From a virus: DNA of 43,509 nt. The stretch lies in IMG/VR virus record IMGVR_UViG_3300029286_001647, one strand, 5' to 3'. The notes beneath the pieces are model-generated. The model had not been told where the DNA came from, did not search any database, and saw only the letters and a program-made list of their open reading frames with translations. Every line of letters begins with the position of its first letter. Positions within the stretch are counted from its first letter, which is position 1. The translations under genes were made by a program, and so were the position numbers. Positions 18,554 to 27,428 of the stretch are shown piece by piece.

Positions 18554-19083
18554 TGTACGTCAGCCCTCTTATCGCCCATAGATGCGTCTCTGATCTGCTT
18601 GACAACAGATACAACAGTTTTACCATCAACAGGCAAGTTCTTTGCCTTGAGGATTTTCATTGCTTGTCCAGTCGCTTGCCCATCATTCTTGGCAGCGACT
18701 ATATCACGACAAAGTCTGACATTCTCATCAGAACCATTGTGCAGATATGCTTTGAGTTGGTACTCGTCCCATATCTTAGGGAGGAGACTTTCAAGGATAA
18801 TGATTTCAGTATTCAATCTTGGCGCTCTATTCTTGTCATCAGCATTAGCGCGAAAGATTGCTACAAGCATCTCATTATTACCTTCAATGATCTTGCGTAT
18901 TGCCTTCTCAGCCTTTTCATCTGTAATAGAACCTTCTCTTGATTCAATCGTCTGGATCTCGCCAAGAGCAAGCTTGAGAATGTCTCTTTCTATTTCTTTG
19001 CCATTCTTAACGGCATCAAGAATCTTTGCCTTAATTGTTTCAACTAGTGACATTTGCATCTCCTCCCAAAAGCACAAACTCAT
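18550..19083 (-). CDS. GatB/YqeY-domain protein
   Basis: 'ILDAVKNGKEIERDILKLALGEIQ', 'EIIILESLLPK', 'GQAMKILKAKNLPVDGKTVVSVVKQ' parallel YqeY. Confidence 0.65.
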   Translation of the reverse strand: MSLCFWEEMQMSLVETIKAKILDAVKNGKEIERDILKLALGEIQTIESREGSITDEKAEKAIRKIIEGNNEMLVAIFRANADDKNRAPRLNTEIIILESLLPKIWDEYQLKAYLHNGSDENVRLCRDIVAAKNDGQATGQAMKILKAKNLPVDGKTVVSVVKQIRDASMGDKRADVQ

Positions 19084-19429
19084 TACAAAACTTTATTTCC
19101 CTCAAATCTCTTTTGAATACAGCAAACGAAGCTACTGCACCTATAAAAACATACTTTTTCTGTTTCTTCGCCGCTTTCCCCAAACGTAAGAAGTTTCTGC
19201 CTCTCACCTTATAATATGTTTTGTTTCTGATAAAAGAGCAAAGCGTAGAGAAGCTATCACTGTGAGTGGTGCATATCATAAGACCTAATCTAAGAAGTTC
19301 TCTGCAAACGAATATATCTCTATGATCCTTATTTAGAGAATTGCGCTGTGCATTCTTGATAAGATCTTTCATCTTTCGGCGGAAATTGTTAGGATTGTTA
19401 TTGTGCATCATTCGTACCGGCGAAGCCAA
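19040..19429 (-). CDS. hypothetical basic protein (129 aa)
   Basis: ORF track. Confidence 0.4.
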   Translation of the reverse strand: MASPVRMMHNNNPNNFRRKMKDLIKNAQRNSLNKDHRDIFVCRELLRLGLMICTTHSDSFSTLCSFIRNKTYYKVRGRNFLRLGKAAKKQKKYVFIGAVASFAVFKRDLREIKFCNEFVLLGGDANVTS

Positions 19430-19953
19430 CCTTTCTTATCTATATGCCTCACAGATTCCACTCCACGAAACTCCATTAAGTATCTTACCAGATGTTTCAA
19501 ACACTTATCATTTTGCTGTCCCTCAAAACGAGGCACAAAAATGGCATTTCCATAGTTCCTACGGCAATTACTGATCTTATCTTCAACAATAAGCATCTTC
19601 TCAATGTCATAACCCTTTTTCTTCACTTTATTTAGAGGCTTAATAAAGTCAGGGTCCATTGTCTCAGGGTCAAATACTCTTACACATCTATCGAATGCCC
19701 AAACGAATTCAAGTGATTCTTTACCGCCAGGGAAGATGTTTTTAACGATTTCATCGACGTAATCAGGAGAACCGGCTGACCACACGGCTGTCCTGAATGA
19801 CTCACAAACGGTTTTAAGGAAATCGTCTAGTCCGGGGCGCTTAAAGGTATAATAATTGCCTACAATGAAGTCTGGAACGTGTATAAGGGGTTTTCGAGAC
19901 GTGGAGTGGATGAGTGTTTCATCTAAATCAAAAATAACCAAAATCTCATCCAC
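19408..19953 (-). CDS. NIF/FCP1-like HAD phosphatase
   Basis: 'VIFDLDETLIHS' (DxDxT) matches the NLI-interacting-factor-like layout. Confidence 0.7.
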   Translation of the reverse strand: MDEILVIFDLDETLIHSTSRKPLIHVPDFIVGNYYTFKRPGLDDFLKTVCESFRTAVWSAGSPDYVDEIVKNIFPGGKESLEFVWAFDRCVRVFDPETMDPDFIKPLNKVKKKGYDIEKMLIVEDKISNCRRNYGNAIFVPRFEGQQNDKCLKHLVRYLMEFRGVESVRHIDKKGWLRRYE

Positions 19954-20332
19954 TTTGTTTCTCTCGTTTTCTTTTCTCTATAGCACAAACATTTGCATCA
20001 TACATCTTTTGCGCTTGCCTATCTCTAGCAGATCTAATAAAATCATTTGTAAGACCCATCCTATCTTTCAATCGTGTAGATTTCACAAATCTTCTAAATC
20101 CGTTTATCGGCGCATTTATCCAATCAAAATTACTTGGTTTTAGATCCCTACCAAGTCTTTTCTCTATGCAACCAACACATAAAAACCTTACATGACTGAT
20201 TGAGTTCCATAAAGAAAGTTTATTAGAAATACATAATGAACTCCATATATCATAGCGAAGGACAAAACAGTATTCTCTTATGCTTACTACATCAACGCCA
20301 CAATCTTTACATAAGCAAGGATACTCTCTCAT
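19946..20332 (-). CDS. hypothetical Cys-rich protein (128 aa)
   Basis: 'CLCKDCG...CVGC'. Confidence 0.45.
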   Translation of the reverse strand: MREYPCLCKDCGVDVVSIREYCFVLRYDIWSSLCISNKLSLWNSISHVRFLCVGCIEKRLGRDLKPSNFDWINAPINGFRRFVKSTRLKDRMGLTNDFIRSARDRQAQKMYDANVCAIEKRKREKQSG

Positions 20333-20507
20333 CTCATTACTTTCCTATATCTAAGCATTGCTTCATAGATTGCTAGGTTCTCTCCCCATCCGTCTACCGG
20401 CAAACTGCTATCATGTTCAGGAAACAATCTAAAAATATAATTAAACGCTCTTCCCTCAGAAGTCATCTCCAACAATACATTCAAAGATACATTATTAGGA
20501 TAATACA

Positions 20508-20771
20508 TTACTGATTGAATCTTCCGTCAAAAAGATCGTCTTCGTCTTGTATCCTTATATAATCATTTCTAAAATGCCTTGTTATTATCCATCCTTCAAC
20601 AACTTCTCCGTTAGAATAGAAAAGCTTAATCCTCGTGGCATATTCTTTTACTTCAAGGATGTTGACAAAGATTCTCTCGCGAGAATAAAGAACTTCAAAA
20701 CGATCTTCTTTAGACATCAGATCTGTCTTGTAAAGATACTTCCCTTCTCCTGTCCAATAATACCTAATCAT
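20508..20771 (-). CDS. hypothetical protein (87 aa)
   Basis: ORF track. Confidence 0.4.
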   Translation of the reverse strand: MIRYYWTGEGKYLYKTDLMSKEDRFEVLYSRERIFVNILEVKEYATRIKLFYSNGEVVEGWIITRHFRNDYIRIQDEDDLFDGRFNQ

Positions 20772-20774
20772 GTC

Positions 20775-21977
20775 TTACTCTCCCTTAATGACAGCGACAG
20801 GCATAAGCTTGTACAAAATCTTGACAAGATCAGACTGAGAGGTCATAACTTTTTCTATATCCTTGTAAGCGTCTGGAGACTCATCCAAGGTCGCATGAGT
20901 AGGAGTAAACTCAATTCCTTTCATCGACTTCTTGAAAGCTTCCATACCGATAGAAGACTTCGCTTGAGTCCTAGACATAGCGCGTCCAGCTCCGTGAGAG
21001 CAGGAATGGAATGACTTAGGTTGTCCCAATCCCTGAACAATGTAAGACGCAGTTCCCATAGAGCCAGGAATAATCCCAGTTGTCTGATGGCTTGCGAATG
21101 TAGCGCCCTTACGGTGGACAATACAAGTCTCTTTGAAATGGCTTTCAAGAGCTGCATAATTGTGATGGATGTTGATCATCTTTTTCGCAGGAGGCATAGG
21201 AAATCCAAGAGCCTCAAAAACCTCAATAGAGATTTCCATCATGCAGTACCTGTTCATCTCCGCGAAATCCAGACAGAAGTTCATCGCGTCGAAATACTCT
21301 TTCCCCTCATTAGAAGAGAACGGGAGGAAAGACAAAGCCTTCATCTCGACTGGCAAGTTGGTATGCCAAGCCTGATTTCTCTCCCATGATATATTGGAAT
21401 AGGTATCGCAAACAGTCTTGCCGATGTTGCGAGAACCAGAATGGATCATAATCCAAGTATTGCCTTGTTCATCAGTGAGCAAGTTCCAGAAATGATTTCC
21501 GCCGCCGAGAGTGGCAATCTGTTCTCTAACGCATTGGTCGATGTTTACAGGCGCAGTCTTCCAGAAAGACTTACCATCATATTTTCCATGAAGCTTCTCA
21601 ACGCATTTTTCTGACGAAGTAGTTGTCTTCTTAGGATCTCTATGTGCCATGCCGACAGGCATAAGGAACTTGATACGCTTCATAATGTCAGCGATCTTTT
21701 CCTTAACGCTTGTCCAAGTAAGACCAGTATTGAGAGCAACCATTCCGCAGCCGATGTCAGATCCAACAGCCCACGGAGAAATCGCGTCATCCAATGCCCA
21801 AACGCAACCCACCGGAACGCCGAATCCCTGATGGCAATCTGGCATTAGCGCAACGTGATGATAAACAGCAGGATGATTCGCCGCCATAAGCGCCTGTTCA
21901 AGAGCGCCAGGCTCAAGATTATCGCACCACGAAAAGATAGGTACTTTCTGCTTCTCTTTGTCAAAAATTACGTTCAT
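20775..21977 (-). CDS. rtcB: RNA ligase RtcB
   Basis: 'MPDCHQGFGVPVG', 'GSDIGCGM', 'SCSHGAGRAMSR' match RtcB motifs. Confidence 0.9.
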   Translation of the reverse strand: MNVIFDKEKQKVPIFSWCDNLEPGALEQALMAANHPAVYHHVALMPDCHQGFGVPVGCVWALDDAISPWAVGSDIGCGMVALNTGLTWTSVKEKIADIMKRIKFLMPVGMAHRDPKKTTTSSEKCVEKLHGKYDGKSFWKTAPVNIDQCVREQIATLGGGNHFWNLLTDEQGNTWIMIHSGSRNIGKTVCDTYSNISWERNQAWHTNLPVEMKALSFLPFSSNEGKEYFDAMNFCLDFAEMNRYCMMEISIEVFEALGFPMPPAKKMINIHHNYAALESHFKETCIVHRKGATFASHQTTGIIPGSMGTASYIVQGLGQPKSFHSCSHGAGRAMSRTQAKSSIGMEAFKKSMKGIEFTPTHATLDESPDAYKDIEKVMTSQSDLVKILYKLMPVAVIKGE

Positions 21978-22324
21978 CTCTTTGTCCTTTTCGTAAATGT
22001 CCAGTTAGCCTCATAAGATTCATTATAAGCTGGCTTATCATATTCTACTTTCCATCCAAACTTCTCGAAAATAGGCTCTACATCAAGCCATTGATTCTCG
22101 AAAATCTGCGTTCTAATGAGATCACTGTTAGGACCAGTAATTTCTTCTTTTCTAGCTTCCAAAATGAGTTTGATAGCAAGATCGACAACATCATTCTGCA
22201 TGATAATAGCATTATATCCGTTAAACTTCTTTGTAAGTAGAGTATTGAGCGCCTGAATAATCTCATCAGGCAAAGTATTCTTTCTTGCTTTAACGATGTC
22301 ATCTGGTTTAATAGGTTCAGTCAT
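21974..22324 (-). CDS. hypothetical protein (116 aa)
   Basis: ORF track; ATGA overlap with rtcB. Confidence 0.5.
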   Translation of the reverse strand: MTEPIKPDDIVKARKNTLPDEIIQALNTLLTKKFNGYNAIIMQNDVVDLAIKLILEARKEEITGPNSDLIRTQIFENQWLDVEPIFEKFGWKVEYDKPAYNESYEANWTFTKRTKR

Positions 22325-22682
22325 CTTTCGTTCCTTTCTTCGTGAGATCTACTGCTGTCACTTCTTTCACGGACTCAATGACCGCAGGAGTCTTCAACCA
22401 TTTTACCGCGCCATTTGCCACTTTCTGTGAAAGTTTGGAAATAGCGTCTTTTTCGTCATCTGCTTCCAACACAATTCCCTTCTTCTGACCTTTGAAGCGG
22501 ATCTCAAACTTTTGTGTTTTAGAGCAGCAACCATCACATCCGTGAATCCCATTTGCACCTTTATGAGATTTCAGGTATTCAAGATTGGGATGCCCAACTC
22601 CATGTTCACAAACGTCTTCAACGAGTCCAGTTTCCCTTGTTATTTGGTCCACCGCCCAAAATGGTTTTTTGTATTTTGCCAT
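22317..22682 (-). CDS. hypothetical Cys/His-rich protein (121 aa)
   Basis: 'CEHGVGHP...HGCDGCC'. Confidence 0.5.
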   Translation of the reverse strand: MAKYKKPFWAVDQITRETGLVEDVCEHGVGHPNLEYLKSHKGANGIHGCDGCCSKTQKFEIRFKGQKKGIVLEADDEKDAISKLSQKVANGAVKWLKTPAVIESVKEVTAVDLTKKGTKDD

Positions 22683-22926
22683 TATTCCCTCTCTTTACTT
22701 TAAAATCAAACTTAGGATGATCATTATCCTGTTTCTTATCGGTTTGCAAATACCATATATCGCAATCATTCATAACAGAATGAGGATATGATTCCTCACA
22801 GTAGATTACGATATGATCGACTAGCGCCGTCGGATGATCATCAATCCATTTCTCCCATTGATCGGTATGCGCGACTTGGCAACCGCACAAGAAGATGAGA
22901 GACAGAATTAGAAGATACTTAATCAT
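22618..22926 (-). CDS. putative secreted lipoprotein (102 aa)
   Basis: signal peptide 'MIKYLLILSLIFLCGC' with lipobox-like LCGC. Confidence 0.4.
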   Translation of the reverse strand: MIKYLLILSLIFLCGCQVAHTDQWEKWIDDHPTALVDHIVIYCEESYPHSVMNDCDIWYLQTDKKQDNDHPKFDFKVKRGNNGKIQKTILGGGPNNKGNWTR

Positions 22927-23135
22927 GTCATCTCCGGATCTTCAATAGGAGAAAAGGCGCTGATAGTCCCTGACACAGTAATTGCCCATATCCTGCCATC
23001 TTTAAGAGGGAACTTGGTATCTAGCTCTTTCCAGAATTCGTCCATTTCTGCCTGACGCTTTTGGATTTCCTGAGTAATTCTCTGAAACTCTGGATTTGAA
23101 CGAAACTCTGCCAAAGTATCTGCAAGCTTGCCCAT
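22923..23135 (-). CDS. small hypothetical protein (70 aa)
   Basis: ORF track. Confidence 0.35.
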   Translation of the reverse strand: MGKLADTLAEFRSNPEFQRITQEIQKRQAEMDEFWKELDTKFPLKDGRIWAITVSGTISAFSPIEDPEMT

Positions 23136-23158
23136 TACGAATCCCTCCTAAAAAGTAT

Positions 23159-23419
23159 TTACCACTTTGACGGTTTATGAAACCAGTTTGAAACCTTATC
23201 ATCACTTTTACCACATGCAATTGCTACTATAGCAGCTATTAGCATGATAAAAGTCCAAATAGGACCGAATCCGATAACAGCTATGACAGTAGCGATAGCA
23301 TAGGCATTAGACCACATTCCTCCGCCATAATTCTTAACTCCACATCTATGAATAAAATAGCCAGGAACACCCATAAGAACCCATAAGATATATGTTAGGA
23401 TGGCAGGATCCATATTCAT
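23159..23419 (-). CDS. small 2-TM protein, KPxKW family (…NWFHKPSKW)
   Basis: one of a tandem array sharing the C-terminal W-x2-3-(K/E)P(A/S)(K/S)W. Confidence 0.5.
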   Translation of the reverse strand: MNMDPAILTYILWVLMGVPGYFIHRCGVKNYGGGMWSNAYAIATVIAVIGFGPIWTFIMLIAAIVAIACGKSDDKVSNWFHKPSKW

Positions 23420-23426
23420 TCCTCCT

Positions 23427-23681
23427 TCACCATTTTGACGGTTTATTCAGCCACTTGTCAAGGCTATATCCCTTTTCGTCTAGGGCGATAAGGATAACAG
23501 CGATAGAGCCAAGTATAGAACCTACAGGTCCGCATATAGAGCAACAGACAATAAAGAAAATACTGTCTTTAACAAGCCATCGCTCTTTCTGTCTTTTCGT
23601 TATGCTCCTGATGATGATATAGGCAGGAATGCCAGCAACAATCCATCCCAGAATAAACATTAAAGTCCACAAAGCATCCAT
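23427..23681 (-). CDS. small 2-TM protein, KPxKW family (…KWLNKPSKW)
   Basis: as above. Confidence 0.5.
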   Translation of the reverse strand: MDALWTLMFILGWIVAGIPAYIIIRSITKRQKERWLVKDSIFFIVCCSICGPVGSILGSIAVILIALDEKGYSLDKWLNKPSKW

Positions 23682-23693
23682 TTCGTTTCTCCT

Positions 23694-23969
23694 TTACCAT
23701 TTAGCGGGTTTGTCTAACTTGCCTAGCCAATAAACGCCATATATGATTAAGAACACAAATAGACCTATTGGCAACAGAGATAGAAAAATAACCACTATCC
23801 TATCTCCAATTGTATATCTCCAAAATCTCTCTTGGCACAATATCTGCCTAGAAAATAGGACACGGAAATTGATACCACATACAACATATACAAAAATAAT
23901 TCTGCTTCTGATGATGACATATCTCTTTCCTTTCCAATTACCAACTAGCAGGTTCGTCCCAATCACCAC
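23694..23969 (-). CDS. small membrane protein, KPxKW family (…GKLDKPAKW)
   Basis: as above; start uncertain. Confidence 0.45.
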   Translation of the reverse strand: MVIGTNLLVGNWKGKRYVIIRSRIIFVYVVCGINFRVLFSRQILCQERFWRYTIGDRIVVIFLSLLPIGLFVFLIIYGVYWLGKLDKPAKW

Positions 23970-24153
23970 AAAATCTAATAAGCAACACTATAAATATAGC
24001 GCATAAACCGCATGGACCCAGCAGAGAGATAAACCCACAGATTGCTCTATCTCCTTTAGTCCATTCATCAAAATCTTTCAAAGCGGTCCACTTGCCTATA
24101 CGATAGGTGATTACTACTGACAGCAAATACAATGCAATCCATACTGCTATCAT
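23938..24153 (-). CDS. small 2-TM protein, KPxKW family (…DWDEPASW)
   Basis: start set at internal ATG (MIAVWIALYLL) giving an ATGA overlap with the upstream gene. Confidence 0.45.
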   Translation of the reverse strand: MIAVWIALYLLSVVITYRIGKWTALKDFDEWTKGDRAICGFISLLGPCGLCAIFIVLLIRFCGDWDEPASW

Positions 24154-24380
24154 TGTTCTCTCTCCTTCTTTACGATCTTTTTGTCTGGTGCGCCAAAAAT
24201 GAACATGATAACAAAAGCTACAAGAAACGCTATAGGGACGGCGGCTATCACCATACAAAATCTTCTGTCCTGATATGTTATACTGCCACCTTCAGATAGC
24301 TTAGTAGCTTTTACCATCAGAAAGTAGTTGATGAAGTACAAAGCGATATAACCGGCTACAAGCAACAATGTTTCAAGCAT
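24150..24380 (-). CDS. small 2-TM protein (76 aa) lacking the KPxKW terminus
   Basis: hydrophobic; same array. Confidence 0.45.
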   Translation of the reverse strand: MLETLLLVAGYIALYFINYFLMVKATKLSEGGSITYQDRRFCMVIAAVPIAFLVAFVIMFIFGAPDKKIVKKEREQ

Positions 24381-24404
24381 CTTTCCCTCCGTTTTCCGCG
24401 AAAA

Positions 24405-24668
24405 TTACCATTTCGCAGGTTTATCAGACCACAAGTATCCCCACCACTTACCAATTTTTCTTCCGGGATGTGCTTCCCACCAGTCGCAAAACAGAGCGCC
24501 AAGTAAAACACATACAAAAATCAAACCTATCAAAGACATTATAAGGCAAAGTGTCCTGTCAGAAGAAGACCATTTACCATGCTGATCTCTTTTGACGTAC
24601 CATCTCATAAACAGATAAGATGATACATAACAAGCCAGGTACGCAAGTATCCATAGGAAAGCTGTCAT
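24405..24668 (-). CDS. small 2-TM protein, KPxKW family (…LWSDKPAKW)
   Basis: as above. Confidence 0.5.
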   Translation of the reverse strand: MTAFLWILAYLACYVSSYLFMRWYVKRDQHGKWSSSDRTLCLIMSLIGLIFVCVLLGALFCDWWEAHPGRKIGKWWGYLWSDKPAKW

Positions 24669-24739
24669 CTTTTTATTCCTTTACAGAGGGATGTGAAACC
24701 TAATGAAAGATCTCACATCCCTCTTTGCCTTACAACTGT

Positions 24740-25432
24740 TTAGAATCCGCGGAAGAGTCGATCAGTGATGCCGTTATAGACCCTACGGAGCATACTGATG
24801 ATTGCGCGAGTAGTGCGCTTGATGATGTCATGAGTGCAGAACCAGAAAACGCTGAGAGGCCAGTATATCATCCACATCAAGATAGTGTCAATGTTCTTGA
24901 CAGCGCGTGGCTTAACAGCTTCGACATCATCAGTATGATACAAACTGACTCCTACGTCTACGCCAGCGCCTTCATAGGCATTGCGGATAATGTTGATAAG
25001 GTCTTGCCTTTGCTGCGAGGTAAGGTTTGCAGCGTGGACACTGATGTCCGTATTGATGCGCGAATAATACTGACGTTTGCATTCAAAAGCGATGTCTGAC
25101 GCTTCTTTGCCCTTAATAAACCACTTGATAATTGACCAAACCCCACCGCAACCAAAGAAGTAGATCAAGAAGCCATAAACGGCGTATTGCCAATTGTCCC
25201 TAACCCAGAACAGCAGATTAAAGTCAGACAAGAAGACAACGAAGGCGAGAAGGTAGAAGGTTGAGAGAGTAGACCACCATCCCTTGCCGTGTTCCTCAAA
25301 AGCGAGAATGACGGCGAGAAAACCTGCGCAAATGATCCAGAACAACGGATTTGATACAGCGAATAGTTGCCAAAACATTGTGATTCCATTTCTTGTAGAA
25401 TACACTGGAATAGAACACTGGGAAGTCCACAC
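24740..25432 (-). CDS. polytopic membrane protein (230 aa; GTG start or internal M19)
   Basis: 4-5 hydrophobic segments. Confidence 0.5.
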   Translation of the reverse strand: MWTSQCSIPVYSTRNGITMFWQLFAVSNPLFWIICAGFLAVILAFEEHGKGWWSTLSTFYLLAFVVFLSDFNLLFWVRDNWQYAVYGFLIYFFGCGGVWSIIKWFIKGKEASDIAFECKRQYYSRINTDISVHAANLTSQQRQDLINIIRNAYEGAGVDVGVSLYHTDDVEAVKPRAVKNIDTILMWMIYWPLSVFWFCTHDIIKRTTRAIISMLRRVYNGITDRLFRGF

Positions 25433-25455
25433 TTACCCAGAATTTCAACGCTTTT

Positions 25456-25484
25456 ATTTTACCGCGGAAAAGAAACACTTATAA
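25456..25484 (-). promoter_or_regulatory. conserved motif copy 1: coding strand 'AGTGTTTCTTTTCCGCGGTAAAAT'
   Basis: near-palindromic TTTTCCGCGGTAAAA core with -10-like TAAAAT, ~24 nt upstream of the 24740-25432 start. Confidence 0.4.
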
Positions 25485-25490
25485 TGGTTT

Positions 25491-25643
25491 TTAAGCCCAT
25501 CCATCACTGCCCCAATACTCTCGCGGAGTGGGAGGACCGGGAGGTTTCGGATGCCTTTTAATATACCATGCATCAAATAAATTAATGATTATAGGAACTG
25601 CAACAATCAATGTAACAAAATAGCAGATCAGAAAAATCCACAT
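25491..25643 (-). CDS. small membrane protein (50 aa), not in ORF track
   Basis: AGGAG 6 nt upstream of ATG; 'MWIFLICYFVTLIVAVPIIINLF...'. Confidence 0.35.
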   Translation of the reverse strand: MWIFLICYFVTLIVAVPIIINLFDAWYIKRHPKPPGPPTPREYWGSDGWA

Positions 25644-25667
25644 AAGCATCTCCTAGTATAAAGCATA

Positions 25668-25695
25668 ATTTTACTGCGGAAAAGAAACACTATTA
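25668..25695 (-). promoter_or_regulatory. conserved motif copy 2
   Basis: 'AGTGTTTCTTTTCCGCAGTAAAAT' ~30 nt upstream of small ORF 25491-25643. Confidence 0.4.
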
Positions 25696-25712
25696 TTCCA
25701 TGAGTAATATAA

Positions 25713-27023
25713 TTATCCCACAATCTTTCCCTTTTCAACATTTACTTTTTCTCCCTCCGCCAAGCCAAGAACTTTACTATCTAAAATGGCAAAAGGATAA
25801 CTCCCATCGGCATCTTTCCAACGCTGTACCAATACCGCTCCGATATGCACTATCCATCCAACTTTTTCTGAGCATACAGAGCATACAGATGAATTAGAAA
25901 TCTCTACTATGGAACATTGACCAGTGACAGACGAAGAGCATAATTCTCCCATGTTCTTCAATACGGATTGATCTCCAGTTGATGATTGACTGGATTGATA
26001 TCCAGTTGAGGATTGACTGGATTGATCTCCAGTTGATGATTGACTGGATCGATGTCCAGTTGAGGATTGACTGGATCGATATCCAGTTGAGGATTGACTG
26101 GATTGATCTCCAGTTGATGATTGACTGGATCGATGTCCAGTTGAGGATTGACTGGATCGCTCTCCAGTCGATGATTGACTGGATTGATATCCAGTTGATG
26201 ATTGACTGGATTGATATCCAGTTGAGGATTGACTGGATTGATCTCCAGTTGATGATTGACTGGATCGCTCTCCATTCGATGATTGACTGGATTGATATCC
26301 AGTTGATGATTGACTGGATCGATATCCAGTTGAGGATTGACTGGATTGATGTCCAGTTGAGGATTGACTGGATTGATCTCCATTCGATGATTGACTGGAT
26401 TGATATCCAGTTGATGATTGACTGGATCGATATCCAGTTGAGGATTGACTGGATTGATCTCCAGTTGATGATTGACTGGATCGATGTCCAGTTGAGGATT
26501 GACTGGATCGCTCTCCAGTCGATGATTGACTGGATCGATCTCCAGTTGTATACCCATCGTTATTCTTCTTAGAGTCTTCGACAATCCATGCAATTCTTCC
26601 AGATTGTGTAAAATACATAGCAGACGACAATGACCCATTATGAACAACTTCAACAGACTTAGCTTTCACTTTTCCTCCATCGATAGAGACTACATCAGAT
26701 GGAGTAGCAGCAAGCACCAAGAACGGCAAAGTTGCATCTACATCCTTGCCTTCCCCGAGAAACATCCCCCATGGCCAAGCGTGAATCCCATTTCCGCATT
26801 TTGGTTTAGGATCCCAATCTGGACATTCTACAATACCAGACTCAGGCCAAGTAATTACAGGAGCAGTAGTCCCATCTTCCTTATCCATACCGCCTGTAGT
26901 ACGATTTCTCTCGATTTGCTTAACGAGCAAAACCTTTGTTCCATCGTGCGTCCACTGATGGATTGGGATATCAAACACTTTTTCCACATCTTTTACTGGT
27001 TCTTTAATGTCGTTTTCAGCCAT
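25713..27023 (-). CDS. Ser-rich repeat protein (436 aa): N-terminal domain, ~22 copies of the 9-aa repeat 'SSQSSTG(D/Y/H/E)(Q/R)', C-terminal domain
   Basis: encoded by the 27-bp tandem DNA repeat. Confidence 0.65.
   Translation of the reverse strand: MAENDIKEPVKDVEKVFDIPIHQWTHDGTKVLLVKQIERNRTTGGMDKEDGTTAPVITWPESGIVECPDWDPKPKCGNGIHAWPWGMFLGEGKDVDATLPFLVLAATPSDVVSIDGGKVKAKSVEVVHNGSLSSAMYFTQSGRIAWIVEDSKKNNDGYTTGDRSSQSSTGERSSQSSTGHRSSQSSTGDQSSQSSTGYRSSQSSTGYQSSQSSNGDQSSQSSTGHQSSQSSTGYRSSQSSTGYQSSQSSNGERSSQSSTGDQSSQSSTGYQSSQSSTGYQSSQSSTGERSSQSSTGHRSSQSSTGDQSSQSSTGYRSSQSSTGHRSSQSSTGDQSSQSSTGYQSSQSSTGDQSVLKNMGELCSSSVTGQCSIVEISNSSVCSVCSEKVGWIVHIGAVLVQRWKDADGSYPFAILDSKVLGLAEGEKVNVEKGKIVG
25964..26550. 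repeat. tandem 27-bp repeat, ~21-22 copies (plus-strand unit 'ccagttgatgattgactggattgatat')
   Basis: visible directly; patterned variants at 3-4 positions per unit; all six frames open. Confidence 0.9.
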
Positions 27024-27062
27024 TGGATTTTTCTCCTAATACACTGGTTAGCAATGTTTACC

Positions 27063-27090
27063 ATTTTAAGCGGAAAAAGAAACACTATAA
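27063..27090 (-). promoter_or_regulatory. conserved motif copy 3
   Basis: 'AGTGTTTCTTTTTCCGCTTAAAAT' ~40 nt upstream of 25713-27023; preceded by a hairpin in the 3' end of 27085-27315. Confidence 0.4.
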
Positions 27091-27315
27091 GGAGATTTTA
27101 AGGTTTTTAATCTCCCACGAATAGCGATCTTTTTGATCAGTAATATAATCATATGGTGAATCTTCATGTTCAGGAAATGTCTTTTTGAACCATTCTACAA
27201 ATGCATCATTATCTTTTGCATCGTTTTTGACTTGCATAAGGTAAACGCCGGGGAAGACCCATCCATTGGAGTGGAGGACCATATCGTGACGATTAATAAC
27301 AACAAGCACTTTCAT
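27085..27315 (-). CDS. hypothetical protein (76 aa)
   Basis: ORF track; 3' end forms a hairpin followed by a U-rich tract. Confidence 0.45.
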   Translation of the reverse strand: MKVLVVINRHDMVLHSNGWVFPGVYLMQVKNDAKDNDAFVEWFKKTFPEHEDSPYDYITDQKDRYSWEIKNLKISL

Positions 27316-27428
27316 TTGTTTTCCTTTCCCGGTAAAAAGTAGTGGATTGAGTTTCCGTAGTGCTTAGATCTCTTAGCACTTGCCAGCGACCTGGTCGAAG
27401 GTGTGCAGGCTTGACAATCCATTACTTT

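Noticed and set aside
18485-19189. 234-aa plus-strand ORF
   Set aside because: It is antisense to the YqeY-domain gene and neighbours, with low-complexity translation.
20547-21014. 155-aa plus-strand ORF
   Set aside because: It overlaps rtcB and 20508-20771 on the opposite strand, and it has no motif.
24725-25099. 124-aa plus-strand ORF
   Set aside because: It is antisense to the minus-strand polytopic membrane protein 24740-25432. It is acidic and low-complexity, and the co-orientation of all neighbours favours the minus-strand gene.
25964-26550. Possible CRISPR array
   Set aside because: The repeats are directly tandem with no unique spacers, and they are coding. This is not a CRISPR array.
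25958-26653. Alternative-frame ORFs (231 aa minus, 197 aa plus) across the 27-bp repeats
   Set aside because: The repeat is open in all frames. Only the frame continuous with the flanking N- and C-terminal domains (25713-27023) makes a coherent protein.
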